Assembly: GCA_965655095.1 (NCBI GenBank)
Contig: OZ296649.1
Location: 66,030,001-66,094,000, forward strand
Direction: 5' to 3'
Origin: Haplodiscus bocki
Lineage: Eukaryota
DNA length: 64,000 nt
In this document: positions 1 to 10,827 of the stretch, one piece after another
Position numbering within the stretch: position 1 is the first letter of the stretch
Layout of the letters: the number at the start of each line of letters is the position of its first letter
The notes under the pieces: generated by a model
Seen by the model: only the letters and a program-made list of their open reading frames with translations
What the model was told of the DNA's origin: nothing
The model's database searches: none
Program-made: the position numbers and the translations under genes

Positions 1-617
1 CTGGTTGCCCACTATTTTCTGGGGTCGGAGATTCAGGCGTACCTGGGATGGGTGTTATTTGTTGGCATAACTGGAGGGGGATAGGTTGGCGATTCGGAGT
101 ATAGGGTGAAAACTGGGCGGGATTGCCAATTACTGGAGTGAACATTTCATCATTTCCGTCATCGGAGATCAACGAGGTTGGCGGGGTGATTGGATATGTT
201 GGGGCAGAGGTGCCGGACAATGACATTTGTTCGTGTTGCGCCGCTATTAGTTGGGTAATGGCACTGTATGTATCAGAGACGTTGTTTGGCGTTTTCGGAA
301 TAGGTGATGAGCAAAGTGAGTCGATTTCACTCTCATCACTGGATAAGTAAATGGGTTGTATTTCCATTTCCTGATGTTCATCGATGGTGAATTGTGAGTT
401 CAATTCAACCATCGCTTTCGTTTTGAAATATTGTAACGCCGTGGTTTGAGGGGATATTTTTGAACTGAAGCGACTGATTATGTTGAAAGTTGAAATTATG
501 AATGAAAGTTGGGTAAAAATTTGGAAGGTATTCCTGGGAGAAAATTTCGCGGGTTTTTACCTTTCGTTGAATTGAGGGGGTTTCTCGGGTTAAGGCGGTT
601 AGGTTGAAAGAAATCAT
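1..617 (-). pseudogene. Degenerate Pro/Ser/Thr-rich accessory ORF in the retrotransposon 3' region
   Basis: ORF 405-617, followed after frameshifts by ~100 open codons (IQPIYLSSDESEIDSLCSSPIPKTPNN...). Same strand bias as the element. Confidence 0.35.
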
Positions 618-1413
618 GTTTTGATTTTAACCATTTAATATTACGGCAATATTAACAGTCGAGTTTTAAGTGGTCCTCAATATCCGCGAGTGACCATGTT
701 GATGAAGTTGAAGCGGCACTTCACTTTGATGAGTGTAGTCTCACCTTTTGTGCTGTTAAGAGCCAATCAGCATGAAGGATGATAAATTGAATGAAACTTT
801 AAGAAAATGAATGGAGATTTAATGTAAAATGTAAAAATGGAATTACTGAAGGTCAAAAGTTAGGCAACTCTGGCAGAAGTTGACCTAAAAAGTAAATATG
901 TAGATAATGTTAGATAGGTAAATATCGTGTCAATAGTGATTATAATGTGACAAAATCCAAATTGTACAGCCACGACTCTCTCATCATTTGAAGTTGTTAT
1001 TGAATTTGAATTGTTATTGTTTATTGTTTTTTTGTTTGAATTGCTGATTACCTTGTTGTTGACTTATTGGTTGTTTATTGTTTTGTTTACTGGAGTTGTT
1101 TTGGAGTCGGATTTGATAGTAAGGAGGTTGATTGGATTGGACGTTAGTGGAGAGTACTGCGGAGAAGAGGCTGTCTCAACCTTGATTATTGGAGAAACTA
1201 TCCCCAATCAGAATTGCGGAAAAAAGATTACCTGCAATCAGTTAGTATTTCTTCATTTTGATGTGTGATGGAATTGTTTCGAATCAAGAACTACTTGATC
1301 GGTGAAGGCAAATTTTTGTTTGGCCAGAACAATTTCCTCTCTTCACTTTTAGGTGTGAAATCATCGTGATTGATTAATCACGTGTTTCCGGAATTAGGAC
1401 GTCCGTTTCGAAA

Positions 1414-1998
1414 ATGAGCGAATTTGCTGGTAATTTACCACGGAAGTTTTTTAGTTTTCGTCATTTAGGTTTCGAATCCAGTGCGCTCAATTTGCCAAAA
1501 GAGCGAGAGTCAGAGAATCCCCAGAATGTTGAAGAAGTAGTTGGAACGAGTACTGTTGAAGTTGGTGAGACATCAAAATCTCCGGCAAAAGTTATGTCCG
1601 TGTTGCAAAATGTACCAGTATCGAGTGGAGTTGTAGAGTCAGGAAGTCTGCAGGAAGACCATGAATTGACCATTGCTGAGAAGGATTGTGTGCTGACAAG
1701 TAGTGAAGAGGATATGGATGACTTGAACGCGTTTGTGGATGAAAGGTTGCAATTTTTGTCAGAGCGGGGTTTGGAGCAGCTTGTTGGAGACGGGAGTGTG
1801 AATGTGGAGGAGATACTTAGTGGAAATTTAGCAGCTGTTAGTAGTCAAATTGTTGAATCTGGAGGAGCTATTGGACCTGAAGTCGATCAGGGAAGAGTCA
1901 CGTCTGTGTGCCCAGGCTTGACATCCAGTGCTGATGTGGAAGGGAGTCGTTGTGAGGTGTACTTCTGGTTGGGATCATCTTCTATTAAGACTGCATAG
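1414..1998 (+). CDS. Antisense acidic accessory ORF in the retrotransposon 3' region (last ~15 aa are chimeric across the deletion junction)
   Basis: 194-aa stop-free ORF, E/V/S/G/D-rich, with a helix-like segment EDMDDLNAFVDERLQFLSERGLEQLV. No family recognised. Confidence 0.45.
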   Translation: MSEFAGNLPRKFFSFRHLGFESSALNLPKERESENPQNVEEVVGTSTVEVGETSKSPAKVMSVLQNVPVSSGVVESGSLQEDHELTIAEKDCVLTSSEEDMDDLNAFVDERLQFLSERGLEQLVGDGSVNVEEILSGNLAAVSSQIVESGGAIGPEVDQGRVTSVCPGLTSSADVEGSRCEVYFWLGSSSIKTA

Positions 1999-4680
1999 CC
2001 AGCTGCCTGAAAGCTTGCATCAGTCATGAGCACCAGTTGTTTACCAGGTAATGGTTGACGTAATGCCAGCTGGCAACATCGGTCTAGAGCTTCGTTTATT
2101 TCCCTGAACTCTTTCATGATATCAGGGGTAATCGGAATTTTAGTTTTGGCGTCAGTTGTTTTGAGTAGTTGGAAGAACGGTGTGAGTCGTTCTGCCAACC
2201 TGGGTATGTAATTTGGGTAATAATTCAAGAAGCCAAAATATCGTTGAAGTGCTTTTTTGGATCGTGGAAATTTGACTTTTTCGAGGAATTTGGCAATCTT
2301 CAGTTTTTGAGTGGCAACCCTTTGGTTGTTATTGTTCGTCCAAGGAAATCTACTTCTTGTACTCCAAAATGGCATTTGGCCATGCTGAGTTTGAGACCAG
2401 CTTTCCGTAGACACTGGAAAACTGCTTGTTGATTTTTGATCAATTGTTGCGGGGTATTGGCGGTTATGCCAATATCAACGACGTCTTGTGCGCATTGGTC
2501 GGCTTTGATGACTGGATCAAGGTATTCGCGTATGAAGCTCAAAAATGCCGATAGGGAACGGCTAAGTCCTTGTGCCAATCTTCGGTAGGCGAATGTTCTA
2601 CTTGCAAAGTTGAATGCAAGGAGTTCGATTGATTGTTGGTCAGCCATCTGAAGGCAGTGGTATGCCTGGGACCAATCAATTTTGCAGAACAAGTTTTTCA
2701 CAGCCATATGATGTGCTGCATCCGTCAGTGTACTGACCGGATGGTTGCTGTTGATGTAATTATCTGCGATAAGTTTGTTAATTTTCCTGAGGTCAACCAA
2801 AAAGCGTAGTTTCCCATTTGGTTTCCTATGTGCGAATATTGGACTAGCATATTTGCTGAAGGGTAGTGTTGTTATGATTCCGTGTACTTGTGTAAAAGGG
2901 CTAGTTCCACTAGGATGTCGTCCTTGAGGTTGATGGGCGCAGGAAGGCTTTGACTATAAGCAGGCCTGTTGTCTAACGGTGTGAGTTGTACTTTGAACTC
3001 TGTATTGATTGCGATGTCAAAGCGGTGTCGTGCAAAAATGTCATGAAATTCCACAAGTAGGTTTTCGACGGATTGTTTGGCTTCCGGTTGTGAGGTAGAA
3101 TCTGTCCAATCGAAATTGGATAGAAATTGGTTTCGAGAGTTGGTATTTTCTATTGGGTTTAATTTTTCTAATTGTTCCAGTTCCCGTAATTCATTGAGTA
3201 TACGTGTCTGAATGGGCGTCGGTTCCTTTTCATCGCCCGGATTTTGTGGTGTTGGGAACCAGTAGGTCTCGTTGACTTCGTCAGTTTTCGATGTCTTCAG
3301 AAGGCTGTTTATATAATGAATAGCGTCGTCATGACTGTTGTTCAGAAGGTACCTCACTGAGGTAGGATTGACTGGTCGAATGTGTTTTGTTCATTCAGGA
3401 GTTAATATTGAGAAATTCGCAATGTGCGTTCCTTTCTTTAGGGTGCAAGGGTGGTCTAGAAAATTGCTAGTTTGGACCATATGTTTGTTATTTTGGGTTG
3501 ATGAAAGAGCCGGACAGATGAGAAGATCTTCGTCGTTCTCTAGAAGTGGCGAGGTTTGAATTATTCCTGTCGCTTCGTTGTCTGTGTAGATCTGTGACTT
3601 TACCCAAATTGTGGTTCTTCTTTCCGGTTGTAGTGTGGTTTCTACTGGGTTCAGTATAGGTTCAATGACGTTTGGGTACGTCCGGTCTTCATTTTTCAAT
3701 TGCATTGAAAAAAGGGAAAGTTCAGGATTCCTTGACGCATATCGAGTATGGTACTGTTGCGTTGTAGGAATAGGAGATCGATCAAAGGGCTTGTGAGATC
3801 TGTCATGACTATGAATTTTTCTCTGAAGATAATGTCACCGACTTCGAATTGCAATTCTACTGTTGCAATAGGTGCTTCTAACTGTCCATTGGCAACCGTA
3901 ATTTGGATCTCAGGTGGTGGGCCTTCATTTAATATTGTGTGTGGAGCCAGTAATCGGATTTTGCGTAAGTGGGCTTCCGGAATGGCGCTTGACAAAGCAC
4001 CCGTGTTTATGAGCCCGTCAATATTTAACTCCCCAAAATCCATTGGAAAGTAAAGCATTTTTCGCTTTTTCTTCAATGGCAAATTTGTTGAAAGCGAGGG
4101 AAACCTTGTGAGTCCATCTGGTGTTACCTGGAGCAGTAGTAAAATTTGGTCATCAATGACTGCTGTTTGCCTTTGTTGATTTTGTGGTCTTGGCGGAAAG
4201 TTTGGTAATGCTGAAGTATCAGGTAAATGTGGGTTCACTGTCCACAAATCTATCAATGCATATCGTAGTGCGTCTGATACGTGTGCATCCGTAATTAAGT
4301 CATCACTTTCAATTTGGTTGTTAGGTTTGTTGTAAGTATCCTTGTACTCCACTTTGTCTTGATCGTATATTTCTTCATCCCAATAGGGGTCAAATCCATA
4401 TTGAGAGTCAACGAAGTATGCGTCGTATGCAACGACTTCTGGAAGGGGTCTGAATTCAGTGTCAAAGTTGTCTGTGTAGTCGTATTCGTATGTTGGGAAA
4501 ATTTTATGGATTTTGTGCATATTATTATATCTTCGAATGTAGGCTTTTTCCATTTGCTGCTGCCAGACAACTGATGGAATTCCTGTGTTCGACGTTCGAT
4601 GAGAGTGGTATACTATGGTGGGTGGGTCAGATATAAAGTATTGTCTCACTGATGTGTAATCTGCCCATTGGAGTCTTGGC
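1953..4680 (-). pseudogene. pol: pol: N-terminal extension, aspartic protease, spacer domain, reverse transcriptase, truncated RNase H
   Basis: Protease LINTGALSSAI (DTG mutated to NTG). RT motifs LVDLRKIN, FCKIDWSQAYH, RLAQGL, AQDVVDI (YVDD degenerate), KCHFGVQEVDFLG. RNase H MTDASFQAAGYAVL, then abrupt loss after KYTS at ~1953. pol is in the -1 frame relative to gag. Confidence 0.9.
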
Positions 4681-4684
4681 TTTT

Positions 4685-6429
4685 TTAGCCAAAAGAGTTT
4701 TTAAGAATTGATGAAGGTCCTGAATGGGTCAAGTTTCCTTGTTTTTGCCCGTCATTTCGATTTTCTGGGTGATATTCTTGTTTAAACCGCTTGGGTCTAT
4801 TTGCTGCGTTGGGACCGCTCCAAAACTTTTCTGGAGGGTGGTTTGTCCGTTGACAATGACGACAAGGTGGAAATGATTTAGATGTCAAAGGTTTTATATT
4901 TTGATTTGAAGGATCATTTCTTCGCTCCTGTTCTTTCCTCATCCTTTTGCGACAATCTCGGATGACGTGGCCCGGCTTTTTACAATAGTGGCATATTACT
5001 TTTGTTTGTTCAGTGTTTTTTTGGTTGTCTTTTGTGGGTACAGCTGTCATTGTGGGTATTGTCAGCTCCCCATCGTTTTCTAAACCACTGAGTTCTAATT
5101 CTCTTTCCAGATGTGCAACTATTTGGTCGTAAGTGCCATTTTCCAGATAGGCTAAGTTGAGTGATCGTTTCAAATGAAGTGGCAATTTCGCGTGGAGTAG
5201 ACTGTCAATCATGTGTTGGGCGTTGTCACCGAACGCTCTTTCGGCACATTCGTTGAGTTCTTCTAAGAAATCGGGAAGTGATTTCGTGTTAGGATCGAAT
5301 GTGAGTTTAAGCCATTTGTGCTTAGCCGTAGCTTGAGATTCTGCTTTAACATATTTGCGTCGAAACACAAATAGGACGTCATCAAGAGTTTTCTTGTTTG
5401 ATGCACTGATATTTCTAAATGTTTGAAGTGCGTCTTTTCGTAAGTGGGCGTGAAAATGGTTGATTTTCATGGCTTCTGTCATCTCCGGTTGCATTTTGAG
5501 CATTGTGTGAAATAGGTCTTCAAAGAGTTCGAATTTCTCATTTTTGCCATCGAAAATTAGTGTTTTTGTGGATACGGGTTTGAGCATTGTGGCTGCTTGT
5601 GGTCGTTATTGGGTTGCAGTTCCAGCAATTGCATCAGCTAGGCGGTTGATGGATTTAATTGCGTCTGGGTTTTGATTTCTTGGTGTTTGCTCAACCATTG
5701 GTAAACTGTTGTCTTGTGATACTTGTGTTGACAGGTTCTGATATTGATGTGATGGTGGGTTGCGTGGTGTTAAAATACGTCCTGTAAGGAACTCGGAGAA
5801 GTGATTTGGTTGGGCTGTTTGTCCTGTCACCATGTGATGAATGGGGTTACTAGGTGCTGTCACCATGTGATGAGTTTGTGCTTGCTGGTCAGAATGTGTC
5901 TCAGGGACCGACAACTCACTTACCTCGTCTGGAATGTTGTGTCGAGTCTCATCATTTACATTTGATACGTCTAGTGTATCGTTGTTACTGGATGCGTTTT
6001 CAAAAGAGGCATTAATCCCTACACGTTCCCTACGCTCCAAATTTGCAGACACACTAGTCACATCCCGTCCAGAAGATGCATTTATTGACCTGATTGCTAA
6101 TTCAATTTTAGGAGTAACAATGTTATCGATGGCGGTCAAAATTGCATTCTGTATCCTATCTTCAACTGTATCAACAATTTTGTTCATTTCTCTGTCAATC
6201 CTCTCATTAAAACACCTTTTAAAGTTTTCACACTCATCGCGTTTGCATTAACAATTGGATCATTACTGGAAGTACCAACGGTAAAGTCTCGGTCATTAGT
6301 GCCTTCATTGACCACAGTGTTTTCTTTTCTCTCACTAACGGCATTGCCATTGATCATGTCTTGATCAAAGTCATCTAATTGGCTAAGAAGTTTTCTATTT
6401 GACTGCCTCTTCTTGCGAGTGGAAACCAT
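4685..6429 (-). pseudogene. gag: gag/ORF1 (one frameshift near 6240, one in-frame stop at 5606-5608)
   Basis: ORFs 6184-6429, 5606-6187 and 4685-5587 join up, the last two in the same frame. Zinc knuckle CHYCKKPGHVIRDC plus a second degenerate CRHCQRTNHPPEKF. Confidence 0.88.
5824..5865 (-). promoter_or_regulatory. Duplicated primer-binding-site-like motif TGGTGACAG (5865-5857 and 5832-5824)
   Basis: TGG directly after an LTR-terminal CA is the canonical PBS position, complementary to tRNA CCA. The unit CATCACATGGTGACAG occurs twice, 33 nt apart. Confidence 0.65.
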
Positions 6430-6758
6430 GTTTGTTTCAATAAACGAATTGTTCTTGGAATTATAAAATTAACGGCAACATAAGAACTCAATGATAATTT
6501 TACAAAACAGTGCTTGCTGAGGATTTAAATAATCTGCGATTAAACCGTGTCAGTTTAAAAATTTGTCGCTGTGAACTGTTTTTCAGGATGGCAGTCTTTC
6601 TTTTGTTGATGGTTTTTTGTCAGTAGTGGGTGTCGCGTTATTGCTAACGCTTAAACAATTGCACGGGGAAAGAAAAGGAAATTTTCTAAACGCGTTGGAT
6701 TGTGGTTCAACACGATTGGCCCAACGCACAAAATAAAGACACGCGCGCGTTAGCTACA
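5866..6758 (-). repeat. 5' LTR of family A element (TGTAG...CATCACA), containing the first ~188 codons of ORF1/gag
   Basis: Starts TGTAGCTAACG at 6758 and ends TCATCACA at 5866, directly followed by TGGTGACAG. Homologous copies at 28718-29511 and 63652-64000 stop at this same point. Confidence 0.75.
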
Positions 6759-6761
6759 TTT

Positions 6762-8480
6762 TGTAGCTGGTAGAGGAAAGCGGCTTGAATATTACTGACT
6801 TACTCGCTTACCGGACGGCAGCCTTAGTTCTCTCCCTTTCACTTTACATTACTCTCCTCTTCCCTTTTACTTGATTCCCTTTCCTTTTAACGTTATTTTC
6901 TTTCCATTCTTGCTTGGTTAAATTTATTCTAAATTCTCTTCCTGCTTCTCATCGGACAAAAATGTTCCAAATCCCATTTTCATTCTAACTTAGAAAAATT
7001 TCCTCTTTCCGTCTACAAATTCTATACTCTTGCCATCGGAGTATAAACGGTGTCCACTAACGCTAGCTTCGGTATTAGCGTGTGGGGATTCCGCTGACGA
7101 GCTCCGGTTCTGAAGCATGAGTGGATCTTAAACTGCACGACCCCCACGAGGTTCTTAGGCAAAGAGAATTGACGTTACTCATAGATCATTCTCACCTCGT
7201 CTGCGTCCGTGGAATTTAGAAATCATTCTAAATTTCGAGATACATAATAAATATGCAGAACCCGTCCCTTTTCCAAATTTCAAACTATTCCTTCTTCATT
7301 GACATTGTTGTTTGCGGCTCTCTCCTATTGGTCAGTTATTTGATTGCTATATAACAGGGTATAAATACCCCGTACTCTCTAATTCTCTTCATTCGCTTCC
7401 CTACCGTCAACCGGCCTATCTACCCGAGGCGAAACTCTCTTCCACTTTCCTTTCCTTATATTCTTAGAGCTTAATTCTTGCTCTGAAAATATTCTAAGAC
7501 AATTTTAAAACTTGTCTTTGCCTAATTTCCTCATCGTCTCTTCGAAACATTCTAAGACAATTATAAAACTTTTCTTTGCCTAATTTCTTCATCAACTATT
7601 CGAAATATTCTAAGACAATTTTAAAACTTGTCTTTGCCTAATTTCCTCATCACCTCTTCGAAATATTCTAAGACAATTTTAAAACTTGTCTTAGCCAAAT
7701 TTCCTCATCGTCTCGTCGAAATATTCTAAGACAATTTTAGAACTTGTCTCAGCCAAATTTCTTCATCGCCTCTTCTAAATATTAACCTGTCTTAGCCAAA
7801 TTTCCTCATCGCTTCTTCGAAATATTCTAAGACAATTTTAAGACTTGTGTTAGCCAAATTTCTTCATCGCCTGTTCGAAATTATTCAAAGACTTTTTTGC
7901 CTGCAAAATTGTCTTAGCCGCAAATCATCAACATCCCGAAAATATTCAAAGACTTTTCCGCCTACAAGCAGTATCCCAGCCGAAACTAGCAATCATCCAG
8001 CAACCAGTAGCAACCATCAGCAATCAACAGTAATCAACAACAGCCAACACCAACACGACCATTTCCACATTCAAACTTAAAAGACCATATGAGTAATTCC
8101 CCTTTCCCATACGCGCAGTCATATTTCCTCCACGGTTCAATTTATTGAATTTTCACTGTTTATAATTTAAAATTCTTTTGTACTCTTCTTTATAGCTCAC
8201 AAGTCCTTGCTTGATTTCACGCAATCCCTTTGTTCGCACGTTAAGCAAGGCACCCTAATGAGACTTATAAATAATAACCGTCGCTTTAGCATAGTAGTGC
8301 TGACCGAGTCAAACGCCAGCACAACGGAGTAATTAATAAATTTGCAAAACCCCTACCACGTGCGACATGGGTCACCCTTTCCTCCGTTTTACCTGACATT
8401 CGTCAACCAATTGGGTGACTCTACCTACTGACGTCAAGATCGTCATTCTATTTTTAATCAACACATCAAAGGGTTTAACA
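6762..8480 (+). mobile_element. Putative solo LTR (family C; TGTAG...TTAACA) abutting the family A LTR
   Basis: TG...CA ends, TATAAATA at 7361 with TCATTC ~28 nt downstream, AATAAA at ~8335, internal tandem repeat. No TSD seen; orientation uncertain. Confidence 0.45.
7487..7960. repeat. Tandem repeat, ~58-bp unit, ~8-9 copies, each intact unit with an internal hairpin
   Basis: ATTCTAAGAC recurs at 7491, 7549, 7607, 7665, 7723 and 7824, with degenerate copies at 7781, 7883 and 7944. The unit contains AAGACAA-TTTTAAAAC-TTGTCTT. Confidence 0.95.
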
Positions 8481-10827
8481 CGAGTTTTACATATCATCAT
8501 CATGACATCACTTTAATAATAGTAACAAAACAAACTTCAAAGGAGAAATACCGAAAAATCATGACTATGAAAAATATGGTTAAGGAATCTGGATAAATGT
8601 TCAAGATTAATCAAATCATGTTTGCATGTATGGTTCATTATTATGGGCGGTCATTCATGGTTATAATATAGTAGGTATGACAAGGATATTGATATTGAAC
8701 TTCATGCACAGGTTTTAACTTTGAGCTAAAATATAATGGTCAAACGTGGGCACCGTGACCGTTCTTTGACCAGGTAAAAATTTTCACTCACGGCTTATTA
8801 ATAATATGCACTAGGTAGTTTATTATTACATAATTAAATAATTATAGGCTTATATAAGCACATAGCAACGTCTTCTAGTTAAATATGGTCATACTTCGAC
8901 TTTTCTGACTTCGTTTGGCCGTAATTCGCCTTTTGTTTAAAAGCGACCACTCGCTTTGAGCAAAGTGGTGAAAATTAGGTCCTTGTGACCAATTTTGACG
9001 ACGCTCCAGCAGCGCTTTTGCTTGGTCAGAATTTTGACAAGAATACTTGTTTTGACCAATCAAATTTAAGCATAAGACTGCAAGTTAATTGAGCACTATC
9101 AGCATTCGTTTAAATCCATTCTCTCATGATACAAGCTTCTTTGCTATTTGTATGGATTTTGCTCAGTAATAAAATAAGTGTACAAATATATAAATATACG
9201 TAGGATAGAGTATATGTATATTTTAATATTTAAATATGTATCATATTTTATAAAATGAGGGGGGGAGGAAATTTGTCCAGCGAAGTAATTAATAAAAGTT
9301 TTGTCAGTTTTAGTCTTCAAATAGGGGCAGAGCATATCCCTGTGTGCCCATGTTTTGTCCATTAAGGTTAACGGAGTAGACTAGGCCGTCACAAGCGGCA
9401 GCCTGCGACACTGATGCATTTGCGTGACCCGCCTACCATATCAGCACATAAGCAAGGCATAATGAAGCATAGTAAAATCAATTTTGAAAAAGATTTCACG
9501 CGGGAAACGTGGAACACATTATTGCATGTAAAAGGATTTCACTTTTTTCAAAATTTATGGAAAAAATAGCAGGCCACTAACCATCTTAAGTTGGTTTACC
9601 AGATGGTGCCACCTTCAGCTATGTAAATGACAGTGTAATATTAATATAAATGAAAATTAGCTGAATGGCTTTCTAATTGCTGCCCTTCCGAAAATTACTC
9701 GAGGAATATTTTCTCCCCATTTGTATGGAGAAATTGTCAAACAAAAGAAGTTCCCTACTTTGTCGCACTTTAAAAATGAATATGTTTGGATTGTTGCACA
9801 AAACGTATAATTTATGAATGGCGGCTGCGAAGAAAAATAAGTTCTTTACAAAATCAACTTCAAAACCACTTCAATATTGAACGCTCACACAGGGCAGCAG
9901 TTTGCTGTGGGCAACGACTCGGCTGAAATAAGATGCTGCCTAATGCTGCAGGCAACAACTTTGGTAACATAATATTTTCAAACCTCTGATTGTTCCTCTG
10001 CGTATCTGATTGCCTTCTCCCAAGGTGAAAACAAAATCGATATTCTAACTTATGTTTCGCTTTTTTATTAGGTACCTTAGATAAGTTTTCCCATTTAATG
10101 CATCAAGCTTAATGTGAAAAAAGTGCAAATTATGCTTCCCCTAGGAGGTTTTTTATCATTTAAGGGTTGAATTTCATTTCAGCAGTGCTTAGCAACCAGT
10201 TTTTAAAGATGTTCAAAAGTATCTTTTAAACAAATTATCTGTTCATTTCTTTGAATTTTTGTTCACTTCTTGTATCTACTGAGCCTTACCCTGTAAAGCT
10301 ACTATTGGTTGAATACTAAAGTTGTCGCAGCACGTCTGCGAGGCTTGTGGACAATTGCTCCCTGAGCTGAAGGACAAACCAAGCTCGTCGACAACAAACT
10401 AAAAACTCAAGACTGAAAAACTTCATTTAAACATTTAAGGCATCAATTTATATTAAAGATACGTATTAGATACGTATCCATCTTGTATACACACATGTAT
10501 GTAATTCATGTAAACGATACGTAGTGGTCACGTATCGTTCCATAATATATAGTCCATGTAAAAAGCACGTATACGATACGTGTAATTCCGGTGAACTGAT
10601 CCTGATTGGGACGGAACAGGTACGGAGCAAACGGATATTCATTTACTTCTTTACTGTATTTTTGTATAAATATTAGGTGCTAGTTTATATAATTAATCTA
10701 ACTAATTAAAATATAAATCCACCTTTTTATCGACTTGTGCAGTAAGCAATGTATTTAGACTGACAGTTTCATAAAGTTTTCAATAGCCTAACTATTATTA
10801 TAGAGCTTGACTTCAAAAGTGATTATT

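Larger units (their letters stand above)
1..6758 (-). mobile_element. Degenerate Gypsy/Metaviridae-type LTR retrotransposon (family A); integrase deleted, 3' end beyond window start
   Basis: Minus-strand order is LTR, PBS-like TGGTGACAG, gag with CCHC knuckle, aspartic protease, RT, start of RNase H. Multiple stops and frameshifts; catalytic motifs mutated. Confidence 0.92.

Noticed and set aside
7090-7135. Hammerhead ribozyme (CTGACGA followed by a GCTC/GAGT stem)
   Set aside because: The required GAAA after stem II is absent (GGAT), and stems I and III could not be built.
7487-7960. CRISPR array (palindromic repeats at regular spacing)
   Set aside because: The linkers are near-identical rather than unique spacers, there are no cas genes, and the context is eukaryotic.
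8900-9060. Similarity to 30320-30450
   Set aside because: Looks like an ordinary old interspersed repeat fragment; ends and class could not be defined.
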